Positions 1 to 10,351 of a stretch of 40,812 nucleotides of DNA are shown one piece after another. The notes below the pieces were generated by a model. That model made no database searches and was not told where the DNA came from. It worked only from the letters and a program-made list of their open reading frames with translations. This DNA is from Atractiella rhizophila (Eukaryota): contig MU271596.1 of NCBI GenBank assembly GCA_021432655.1, forward strand, positions 1-40,812, in the 5' to 3' direction. The position numbers were made by a program, and so were the translations under genes. How positions within the stretch are numbered: position 1 is the stretch's first letter; each line of letters begins with the position of its first letter.

Positions 1-1517
1 ATGAGCGCCACGTCCGTCGGTAAATTACCGCTGAAGGGCATGAGAACTTCTCTTGGTCGTTCCTCTCCTCTCTTCTCCCAGAACCGCAAAAGAGCAGCCA
101 TGACGCCATCGAGCGTCCTCACCCGTTCCCGAATCGTAGAAAGGCTCTCTTTCCGCTCCTCCACCTTCTCCTCTTTCTCATCCTCGTTCGCTCCGCCCCC
201 TCCATCTCCCAACGCGGAGTCGCCATCTGAGTCCACGTCTGAAAGGTCTAAAGAAGAGGAAGATGTTGTGGAGAAAGAGGAAACTGAGGAGGAACGAGAG
301 CGAGGTGGGGACGGAGAAGGAGAATGGAGATGTCGTTTGAATGGGTCCGGAGGGAGAAAGAAAGGGGTCTCGTCGAAAGCTCCGTCCTGTTCCCAGTCTT
401 CTAAATCGATTTGCAGTTCGATCTTTGCACCCTATTAGCGGCTTGGAATATAGAGGAGAGATTTTTGACTGACATCTAACTTGATGGCGCGTACGACGAC
501 CATCTCTGTCACCGTCTCCTCGATCCCACCGCAATACTCGAGAAGCTTGAGCAGATTCTCGACGTACACCACCTGCTCATCTCGCTTCGACCGCTTGCCA
601 GGGAAGGATTTTTCGAGGTAGGGAACGATGGCAGTTGATATTGTAGGTATGAGATCGATGAGGTGTCGAAGGAGGTAGTGCAGTCTCATAGAGTGTAGAG
701 CACGCGAGGGTTTCGGGGCGGACTCTTGTTCTTCCAAAGAGAGTTGGTTTGGTGCTGTCCGGAGTGACTTGAATGCGTCTACATGTCCCTCTCAGCATGT
801 CGAAACACGAAGGGATAAGCAGCGAACCATAACGGAAACCGTTGACGCTCTTCTCGAGCACTTTGCTCACCCATAACGTGCTCTTCGCACTGCATAGTGC
901 TCCTACACATCTGACGAACGCACCTGGTATCCCACGCAATTTCTTAGGTATCTCCTTCTCCTCAAGCTCTTCCACATCCATGATCGTCCATGGCAAGTCC
1001 AGGATAGCAGCTACAAGGTCTTCGTGAGATCGATCCAGCTGCGAAGCAACGTGTGGGAGGACTTGAAGGTATGAAAGGAGAGTCTTTTGCGTGGGCAGCT
1101 GTTTAGAGAGTTTGGATTTTGACGATGAAGGGTTGAAAGGGGTGGAAAAGGATCGTAAGTCTGCTACGAACTCTCGATACCTCTCTTGCTTTCCCTACAG
1201 GCAATACATTCAACACCCATGACGAAAGATAATGCGAGGACACGCACCTGCTTCTTATCCGCCAACGCACTGTCCAAAAAAGCGAGCAACAGCCCCCTCT
1301 CCATCCCCTTCCCCGGCGCCTCTTTCTCACCCAAACTACTCGACGAATCCTTCCTCAGTATCCCCTGCAGCTTTTTCTCAGGCTTGACCAATCCATCCAA
1401 AGAAGCTAGCGAGCTGGAAAGAGCTCGTTTTGGCGCGGCTTGAGCGGTGGGCGAGGAGATGCTGGATTCGTGAAGGGACCGCTTCTTACCGCGTGGCTTT
1501 GAGCTGGAGGAAGACAT
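1..1517 (-). CDS. RRN3: RNA polymerase I transcription initiation factor RRN3, copy 1 (5' part; runs off the left edge of the window)
   Basis: Near-identical to 7883-9401. ATG at 1517 (MSSSSSKPRG). Same three introns and the same IVPYLEKSFP...YVENLLKLLEYC...AIKLD segment as the complete copy. Confidence 0.85.
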
Positions 1518-1752
1518 CCTGACGTTGGGTAAAGCCAGGGAGGATGCGTTTGAGCTTTGGGGAGAAGGCAGAACTTGACTAGATCGGTGGCAATTTTTAT
1601 GGCACCACGTGACAGGATGCGAGGCTATCCTCCAACACCTCCAACACCTCCAACAAACGACAAAGCAGAAACATGAAACAAACCTCTTTAAATGATAATT
1701 TTTCAACAGGAAAGTGGGAAAAAAACATGGGACGTCCGAACAAAAGACGAAG

Positions 1753-1847
1753 TGCTCCGGGAGGGGTTCGAACCCTCGATCCTCGCGTAGAGAAATATAT
1801 TTGTGGATATATAAGCACGAAGCATTAACCAGCTATGCTACCGGGGC
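1753..1847 (-). tRNA. tRNA-Ile(UAU) with 21-nt intron (1789-1809)
   Basis: The reverse complement folds as GCCCCGG TA GCAT-AGCTGGTTA-ATGC T TCGTG CT TAT A [intron] A CGCGA GGATC GAGGG TTCGAAC CCCTC CCGGAGC A. The intron sits at the canonical 37/38 position, A and B boxes are present, and T4 (1742-1745) and T7 (1719-1725) Pol III terminator runs lie downstream. Confidence 0.93.
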
Positions 1848-2350
1848 TCAGACACTCGGTTTGCAGGCTTATCTTTGCTCAATAGTCTGCTACCAGAAAG
1901 AAGCGATAAAGAAATGTGATGCATTAATGAAACATGTGAGCGGTTTTAACTAAGGCAGGAATGTTGCGACGGCTCCATCCTCAACCATTTCGACCAGCTC
2001 ACGCACTCTGAACAGAGTCCCCTTTGCGACTTGGTTACTTGAGTCCCTGGAGATTTGGGCTGGTTGTACCATTTTCAGCTCTTCCAAGGTGGGTCTCCGA
2101 TGCTCCAACTCCAGCTCTAACTCTCAAGTTCTCTTTCCGCAAGTTTCTCGCTGACGATCCATCCGCAGACGATTCATAAGGCTTACCTTCTCGACGGTGC
2201 TCCCAGCTGGCCCTTTGGTTGATATTTCAGCAGTCGCTCATTTGTTTCCATTTCGGGGTTCGAAGTTGTGATTGTTGCCCTTCGCTTCTTTTGTTTCGAG
2301 GCGTGAAAACAGATTCGGTCTAGCTGCCGATTCCAGGTCGAAGATGTCTC

Positions 2351-2375
2351 NNNNNNNNNNNNNNNNNNNNNNNNN
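2351..2375. other. Assembly gap (25 N)
   Basis: Run of n characters. Confidence 1.
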
Positions 2376-4513
2376 TCTGCACCATGTTCGTCCTTTAGAG
2401 ACGATATAAACGTCCCTGCCACTGCTCTCGCCTTCACGTAGCCCAGTAAACCACTCGCCAGCGCTCAGCTCCTTTGGTCTACCTTCTCGTAGCACCTGCA
2501 CTCGGTCAACTTCGAGCCATCCATCCTTCATCCGAACGGCGAGTCCATACCGCCCTGCTTCTTTCCAGGCAGAGAACTCCCCCACAGATTTGATTTGATG
2601 AGAGAGAACTTCTTTTGTTGTTGGGGAGAGTGGAGTCGAGGAAAGAGAGACAAAGGAGAGACGGTAAGGCTTGTGGTTAGCAGTTATTGGTTTATTTTCG
2701 GGAGGAGGGGAAGGGAGGAAATAAGTCCACAGATGATGCTGTGGTTCGGTCGTTTTGGTTAGCAGCAATCTACAGGCAAGATGGAGCGCAACCTTGTGCC
2801 GCAGTGCGCGGTTGTATAGATGAAGTGTAGCTCTGTCCCACTCATCCCAGTTGATACGAGCATGATCTCGTGTGATCTTTGGTGCGTGGGAAACACCATT
2901 CATATCTTGAGTCTGTATTTGAGCCTATGATCCAGTCAATACTGGTTCAAAGGAAAATGATAGATGGCTTACCTTGTACTTATCAAAATTTTTCAAGACG
3001 TCGACAGTTAAATCTCCCGCGCTCTCTTTCAACCTCCCCAGCAAAATTGCATAATCATCCTCCAGACCCACGTTTGTGTGCACCTGTCCCAAAATCCGGC
3101 CTCCATCGAACGCTCCTTTCTGCAGCTCCTGAATCGTCACACCAGTGTGCTTGTCACCGTTCAACAATGTCCAAAAGACAGGTGCCGGTCCTCTCCAACG
3201 TGGCAACAGACTGGGATGAACATTGAGAGCTTGGGTGTGAGGAAAAGCATCGATAACTGAGCTGGGGATAAGGTGGCCGAAAGAAGCTGAGAGCAAGAGA
3301 TTCGTGGGCGATCTAGTATCCGAAAACGTAGAAGGGAGCGTGAATGGACGAGTCCATGTGGTAGTAGGGAGGGAGAGACGTTGCGAAAGCGTGAGAAGTT
3401 CGGGTATGTATAGCTCTTGTCGATTCCGTCCTATTCGTTTGGAAGATGGAACTACAACGTGGATGTGAGAGGCCAAATCTTTCTAGAATAACTTCAGTGA
3501 GCATTCTGTAGAGGGTAAACGGGCCAATGCGATCATAGCGCGGCAACAAAGATAAAAGGCGAAGTCGATTTAGAATGTACCGAGAGGCAACGCCTTGGTT
3601 CGCTGGATTGTAATTGCGTCCCAATCTTGAACATTATCAAAAAAGATAATGACATCTTGTTTAAGCGCGGTGGGATAAATGATACCCATGATGACGGAAA
3701 TTCTACTTACACTACGTGAAATGAAGGCATGAAAGGCTGCTGCCAAATTCATGACTTGATAAAGACAAGGCTCACAATGCAAGCACTGGGATTCTATCTG
3801 CATCTCTTTCCTCGTTTGATTGCTCATTACGACGAGACGAAGCTTCTACCTCACTTAACATAACTGAGAATGTCACAGAGGTGTTTGGTAGGAGAAAGTA
3901 GAAACTCTTGACGTCTCTTGCACACGACCAGCATTAAAGTTGGAGAGGGACGCGACAAGCAAGGGAACGTCAGGTAGCGCATCTCTTTAAAACATATCAA
4001 ACAACTATACGACAAAGCGTTTGGATTTCTCGGGACACATGATTGCCATTTCATACGAATACCATACGCAACATGCAAGTTTTGAAAAAGATGATGTGGG
4101 GAAATGCTGAATATACTAATACCGCTTGGAGTAAGACAGCTGAATATGATTTTTGTGAGAACGTATATGCCAGAAATGGGAGCAAACGTTTGCGCAACGC
4201 AAATTGAATAACATAAGAGACAAACGATGCCTTTTCACACTTCTTCATACAAAACGCCAACAACGACGCTATATTCTAGTCATTCAAGCAGATTCTGCAG
4301 AAAGCTTCAACGTTGCTAAACACAGAAACACACCTGGATAACTTTCTCCAAAATACTGCACGAAAAGTCATCGGATCCAAAGAAGAGGATGTTCCACTTC
4401 TTCCCAGTCCCTCCCACCGCTTTCGTAGACGAGAATGCGCGTCTTCCTGTTCTCCCTGGGCTTAATCTCAGTATATGATATCTTGCAGGCATCGTTGTTG
4501 CTACTTGCAACAT
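2376..4513 (-). CDS. FMT1: Mitochondrial methionyl-tRNA formyltransferase; exons 4513-4334, 3482-2973, 2924-<2376; stop codon not seen before the gap
   Basis: Arg/Ser-rich presequence followed by ILFFGSDDFS, ASFGHLIP, NVHPSLLPRWRGPAP, TGVTIQ, FDGGRIL and HAPKI motifs of the Fmt family. In-frame GT-AG introns at 4333-3483 and 2972-2925. Confidence 0.92.
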
Positions 4514-4609
4514 AATTAACCAGGCTGGAAGTGTCCCCTATGCTACCCAAGGGGCTCACCTGAAAACACCAAACTGCCAGCCCGTCCAGGATTCGTTCTC
4601 CAGAGCAAG
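4514..4609. promoter_or_regulatory. Very short (96 bp) head-to-head intergenic region, a probable bidirectional promoter for FMT1 and the WD40 gene
   Basis: Divergent ATGs at 4513 (-) and 4610 (+). Confidence 0.6.
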
Positions 4610-6630
4610 ATGTCGAACAAACGCCCTCCCTCGCCCGAAGGAACACTCATAATCTCTAAGCGGTCGCGTACAGATGGATCAGGAGAAGAGCAACAGATGG
4701 TGGTTGCCAGTGCAGGGGAAGGGAAGGGAGCTCTAGTGCAGGGTGTGAAGAGAACGAGTGGATTGCAGGCGCCTATAATGTGCCTCACCGGACATCAAGT
4801 AAGCTATCTTTTGCTTCAAATTGGGGCCACCTGCTGTCGTGGTGTTTTAACGCGTTTTTATATGAATTCTCTTTGAGCCTGAGCCTGACGTACCTTGCAA
4901 GCTCATTGTATCCTTGAGCGAGCCTGTGTCGCGTTCGTTTAGTGATGGAACACTTGTCGTAGAACGCAGGAGTACTCAGCATGTTCCTGCTCTAAAAGCC
5001 AGAAAATCATTAGGTTGCATACCCCTTTGCTTTCAGTGTGTTTGATTAATTGTCCCTCATTCTTCTGGTTGGACAACCGGACCAAAAATCAAATGCGCGT
5101 TCCCTAGCCAAACCTGCAAGTAAGCGGTGGCTCCTTGGTATCTATGTTCCAAATGAGAATATCCAGGCTCGTCAGCTCGTATACTTTGGTTAAGGCGGAG
5201 TTGTGACAAGAGAAACTCTTTAACGCTCGCAACTTCGCGCTATGTCCAGTACTTACTACATTGAAGCACCTGCTAACACTTTTGGCATTAGGGTGAAATA
5301 CTTGACCTGAAATTTGATCCGTCCGGCTCGACTCTCGCCTCCTCGTCAACCGATAAGCTCGTTTGTGAATGCCTCTCCCTCCTTGGATGAAATATTGCCT
5401 AACATTCGCTTGAAATGGTCCCCCAGATCTGTGGCGCGTTTACGGTGATTGCGCTAACTATGGCGTCCTTAAAGGCTCGAAAGGGGCAGTGACTGCGATA
5501 GAGTGGTCGCAGGAGGGAGGAATGGGCGGGACAAGCGATAAGGTATTGAAATCTTCGGGGCAAATGAATAGGCACCTGACCTCACGACGGACAGATTTTT
5601 GCTTCAACAGCTTCTAATCAAATGCTGCTTTTTTCGCCCGTCACGGGGGAACTTGTGAGGAGGTATCGGTCACACCGGTACGCACTCTTCTGCAGTGCGA
5701 AGGGAGAACTCACGGTTTGTGATTCAAGGGGCATACTGAATTCTCTCTCTCTTTCGCCAGTCGCTCCCAACCTTGTGGCGACAGGATCGGACGACTGTAT
5801 GTCCCTTCTCGCTTTACAATACTACTACTGAGATGTGTGCCCGTTGAAAGGCACTGTCCGCATACATTCTCCTAATGAAGCAGCAGAGATAGATAAAATT
5901 GATATTGGCCACCCGGTCACTGCAGTCGAGTGGTTGGGAGGAGCAGGTTCGGAGATCGCGAGTTCGTTCTGTTTTCATCACTTCATGTGCGAAGACTGAA
6001 TCAATCTGTTGTTCGATCAGTTGGAGGAGTAGACAATGATATTCACATCTACGATCTCCGCAAGAAAGCCGTCCTCTACTCCCTGCGAGGACATCAGGAT
6101 ACGATCACCTCTCTTCGGTTGTCGCCTAACAAAAGTTTCCTTCTCTCCTCTTCGTCAGACTCTCTAGTCAAAATATGGGACATCAAGCCATTCGTACCTG
6201 TCCTCAATCCCATAGATCCTGTCCTGCCTCCGCGTCTTTATCGCATATTGGGGTGGGCACCGGCTGGATTTGAGAATTGGCTGAGACAAGTCAGTTGGAG
6301 TAACCCGAGCTACGGGCATAATGGAAAGACATGTTCGCCCCCTCCCTCTGCTGCAGATGTAGTGGCTGATACCTTTCTCGATGGAAAGTTGTTGCTGTGG
6401 GTTCGGCGGATAGGTCTGTTACGATTTGGGACTCAGAAAGTGGAGAGATAAAGTGCGTCGCGTCTCTTAACTGCCATCAAAAGCTTTTTACCGATAAAAT
6501 GTGGTGTAGATTCAAGCTTCCCGGTCATCGTGGTACAGTGATAGCGACAGATTTCAGCCCAAGAGAACCCATCATTGCTTCAGGAGGTGTTGACAAGTTG
6601 ATCTACTTGGGGGAAATCGATGTGCGGTAG
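4610..6630 (+). CDS. SNRNP40: U5 snRNP 40 kDa WD40 protein (SNRNP40/Cwf17-like), about 9 exons
   Basis: Spliced reading gives RTSGLQAPIMCLTGHQ|GEILDLKFDPSGSTLAS...LWRVYGDCANYGVLKG...GGVDNDIHIYDLRK...LRGHQDTITSL...GSADRSVTIWD...KLPGHRGTV...FSPREPIIASG...IYLGEI, which matches U5-40K motifs. Intron 1 is 4799-5291. The junction near 5945-6020 is uncertain. Confidence 0.9.
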
Positions 6631-6753
6631 TCTATCCTCTGCAGCCCATCTGTAGGATTGGAAGTGTACAAAAGTGAATATAGCATTTCGTAATGTGTCG
6701 CAAACAACATCTACAAGACGGCGATAAGCATGAGCGTCTAGATTACAAAACAT

Positions 6754-9401
6754 CTAAGGGTGTCGAGGAGATATGCTCATCGAGCCAAAGGATACACCGA
6801 GACCTTCTTCCTCTATCCGTTTCCCAATGTGAACGTATCCGACGTCTTCTAACTCTTCCTCATCCTCTTCGTCGTCCACCCATTCACGATACAAGCCTTC
6901 GATGAATTTGCGAGAGAGGGGAAGCTTGAACGGATCAAAAGGGAACGAGTTCTCGAGCTCCACCTCCTCCAGCACACGCGTGAGGAACATCGACGGTGGC
7001 GGGGCATAAAACGGGGACTGAGTGTTAGTCGTAGCTGAGTTTGCGGGTTGCTGAGCGGCGCGCTGATTGGCGGCCATGATGGAGTGGCAGAAGAAAAACT
7101 GGGTCTTTCCCGCTATGGTTGCGAACTGGGCACAGACGGAGGAGGAGCAGATGCTCAGCGGATTGAGACGTGAGGAGATGGCACGTTTGAGAGCCTCCAG
7201 ACACGGCATCCACCTCTCACCCTGTCTCGGAGCGCTCGGCCCATTGTGATTTCCAGACGCGGAAGCGCCAAAGAACTCGTCGTCCTCCAACTCGTCTTCT
7301 TCCTCTTCTAATGTTCCTCCTTTGAAGCGACGCTCGATGAGGTCTCTGGAGCGGAAACAGAAGACGTAAAAGAGGCACTGGACGACGGCATACCACACCG
7401 CGTACTGTTTCGCAGTCTTGATCGTGTTGCCCCAACCGCTAGTTGATCCTCCATCTCGCAGCCGTTGAGAAGACTCCTCGTCGTAGGCCGCCATACCCTT
7501 ATCTAGGAAGTGGCAGCAGACAGCGATGACGTTTTGCACGCCTTCTTTTTGGATGAAAGTCGACCGACTGAGGTACGAAGCTAGGTATCCCAACGCTGCG
7601 ACCTTGGTCACAGCGCCGTTGGACGAGTCCTTGCTCTCTGAGGAAGCCTCAGAGTCCGAATCGAGGAGAGCGTGTTCGAGAAGGTGGCCAACGAATTGGT
7701 CTGCGAAGGAAGTGTCGAGGGAGGAGTACCAGAAGACGAGGAATTGGACGTTCGAGGTGTTGTGTGCCTTGAAGATGGTCCGATCAAAAATGTCGAGCAA
7801 GGTGTCGAAAGTTCTTTGACGATTCGTCCCACCCGTAGTCGACGCATTGGATTCGAAGCCAAAAAACGAGAGTTTTGGATCGATGAGCGCCACATCCGTC
7901 GGTAAATTACCGCTGAAGGGCATGAGAACTTCTCTTGGTCGTTCCTCTCCTCTCTTCTCCCAGAACCGCAAAAGAGTAGCCATGACGCCATCGAGCGTCC
8001 TCACCCGTTCCCGAATCGTAGAAAGGCTCTCTTTCCGCTCCTCCACCTTCTCCTCTTTCTCATCCTCGTTCGCTCCGCCCCCTCCATCTCCCAACGCGGA
8101 GTCGCCATCCGAGTCCACGTCTGAAAGGTCTAAAGAGGAGGAAGATGTTGTGGAGAAAGAGGAAACTGAAGAGGAACGAGAGCGGGGCGGAGAGGGAGAA
8201 GGGGAATGGAGGTGGCGATTGAATGGGTCTGGAGGGAGGAAGAAAGGAGTCTCGTCGAAAGCTCCATCCTGTTCCCAGTCTTCTAAGTCGATTTGCAGTT
8301 CGATCTTTGGACCCTATTAGCTGCTCGGAGCAGATAGAAGAGAGATTGTTGACTGACATCTAACTTGATGGCGCGTACGACGACCATCTCCGTCACCGTC
8401 TCCTCGATCCCACCGCAATACTCGAGAAGCTTGAGTAGATTCTCGACGTACACCACCTGCTCATCTCGCTTGGACCGCTTGCCTGGGAAGGATTTTTCGA
8501 GGTAGGGAACGATGGCAGTTGATATCGTAGGTATGAGATCGATGAGGTGTCGAAGGAGGTAGTGCACTCTCATGGAGTGGAGAGCACGCGAGGGTTTCGG
8601 GGCGGACTCTTGTTCTTCTGAAGAGAGTTGGTTTGGTGCTGTCCGTAGTGACTTGAATGCGTCTATATGTCCCTCTCAGCATGACGAAACAAGAAAAGAT
8701 AAGCAGCGAACCGTAACGGAAACCATTGACACTCTTCTCGAGTACCTTGCTCACCCATAACGTGCTCTTCGCACTGCATAGTGCTCCCACACACCTGACA
8801 AACGCTCCCGGTATTCCACGCAATTTCTTAGGTATCTCCTTCTCCTCAAGCTCTTCCACATCCATGATCGTCCATGGCAAGTCCAAGATAGCAGCTACAA
8901 GGTCTTCATGAGATCGATCCAGCTGCGAAGCAACGTGTGGGAGGACTTGAAGGTATGAAAGGAGAGTCTTTTGCGTGGGCAGCTGTTTAGAGAGTTTGGA
9001 TTTTGAGGATGAAGGGTTGAAAGGGGTGGAAAAGGATCGTAAATCTGCTACGAACTCTCGATACCTCTCTTGCTTTCCCTACAGGTAATACATTCAACAC
9101 CCGTGACGAAAGATAATGCGAGGGCACGCACCTGCTTCTTATCCGCCAACGCACTGTCCAAAAAAGCGAGCAACAGTCCCCTCTCCATCCCCTTCCCCGG
9201 CGCCTCTTTCTCACCCAAACTACTCGATGAATCCTTCCTCAGTATCCCCTGCAGCTTTTTCTCAGGCTTGACCAATCCATCCAAAGAAGCTAGCGAGCTG
9301 GAAAGAGCTCGTTTTGGCGCGGCTTGAGCGGTGGGCGAGGAGATGCTGGATTCGTGGAGGGACCGTTTCTTACCGCGTGGCTTTGGCTGGGAGGAAGACA
9401 T
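6754..9401 (-). CDS. RRN3: RNA polymerase I transcription initiation factor RRN3, complete copy (4 exons)
   Basis: IKLD|IELQIDLED, an acidic loop, TLDGVM, NVQFLVFWYSSLD..FADQF, AALGYLASYLSRSTFI, WYAVVQCLFYVFCFR, LNPLSICS and the C-terminal FPFDPFKLPLSRKFIEGLYREW are Rrn3 hallmarks. Confidence 0.93.
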
Positions 9402-10228
9402 CCTGACGTTGGGTAAGGCCAGGGAGCGTGCGTTTGAGCTTTGGGCAGAGGTACAGAACTTGACTAGACCGGTGGCAATTTTTCTGGCACCACGTGACGT
9501 GATGCGACGAGATCCTCCAACCTCTCAAACAAACGACAAAGCAGAAACATGAAACAAACCTCTGTAAATGATAGTGTTTCAACAGGGAAAGTGGGAAAAA
9601 AACATGGCACTTCGGAACAAAAGACAAAGTGCTCCGGGAGGGGTTCGAACCCTCGATCCTCGCGTAGAGAAATATATTTGTGGATATATAAGCACGAAGC
9701 ATTAACCAGCTATGCTACCGGGGCTCAGACACTCGGTTTGCAGGCTTATCTTTGCTCAATAGGCTGCTACCAGAAAGAAGCGACAAAGAAATGCGATGCA
9801 TTAATGAAACATGTGAGCGGTTTTAACTAAGGCAGGAATGTTGCGACGGCTCCATCCTCAACCATTTCGACCAGCTCACGCACTCTGAACAGAGCATCCC
9901 TTTGAGACTTGGCTACTTGAGTCCCTGGAGATTTGGGCTGGTTGTACCATTTTCAGCTCTTCCAAGGTGGGTCTCCGATGCTCCAACTCCAGCTCTAACT
10001 CTCAAGTTCTCTTTCCGCAAGTTTCTCGCTGACGATCCATCCGCAGACGATTCATAAGGCTTACCTTCTCGACAGTGCTCCCAGCTGGCCCTTTGGTTGA
10101 TATTTCAGCAGTCGCTCATTTGTTTCCATTTCGGGGTTCGAAGTTGTGATTGTTGCCCTTCGCTTCTTTTGTTTCGAGGCGTGAAAACAGATTCGGTCTA
10201 GCTGCCAATTCCAGGTCGAAGATGTCTC
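7883..10228. repeat. Segmental duplication, copy 2; partner is 1-2350
   Basis: Colinear match by eye to the start of the window. Confidence 0.95.
9630..9724 (-). tRNA. tRNA-Ile(UAU) with 21-nt intron, second copy
   Basis: Identical by eye to 1753-1847, with downstream T runs. Confidence 0.93.
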
Positions 10229-10351
10229 GCTCGCTCATCACTTTTTCTACTTCTTCAAGCTGACCCAAAAGAGCCACCACTATCGTCCACCAACTTCTTT
10301 CCACTCTGCCAACCATTCAACTCTACAATCGAGCGAAAGAGAGCACATCAG

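Larger units (their letters stand above)
1..2350. repeat. Segmental duplication, copy 1 (RRN3 5' part + tRNA-Ile + upstream DNA); partner is 7883-10228
   Basis: Colinear match by eye with scattered substitutions and small indels, for example CCTCCAACA x3 near 1630-1656 only in this copy. It ends exactly at the N gap. Confidence 0.95.

Noticed and set aside
2183..2903. ORF-track ORFs that read through the N run
   Set aside because: They join FMT1 sequence to the unrelated duplicated block across an assembly gap.
3688..4110. ATGATGA/GATGATG and CTGA (C/D-box-like words) in FMT1 intron 1
   Set aside because: They are on the strand opposite the host gene, the spacing is poor, and I see no terminal stem or recognisable rRNA guide.
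9900..10316. Short minus-strand ORFs and a strong AG|GTAAGC donor upstream of the tRNA (also at about 2020-2350)
   Set aside because: No coherent spliced frame or recognisable protein could be built.
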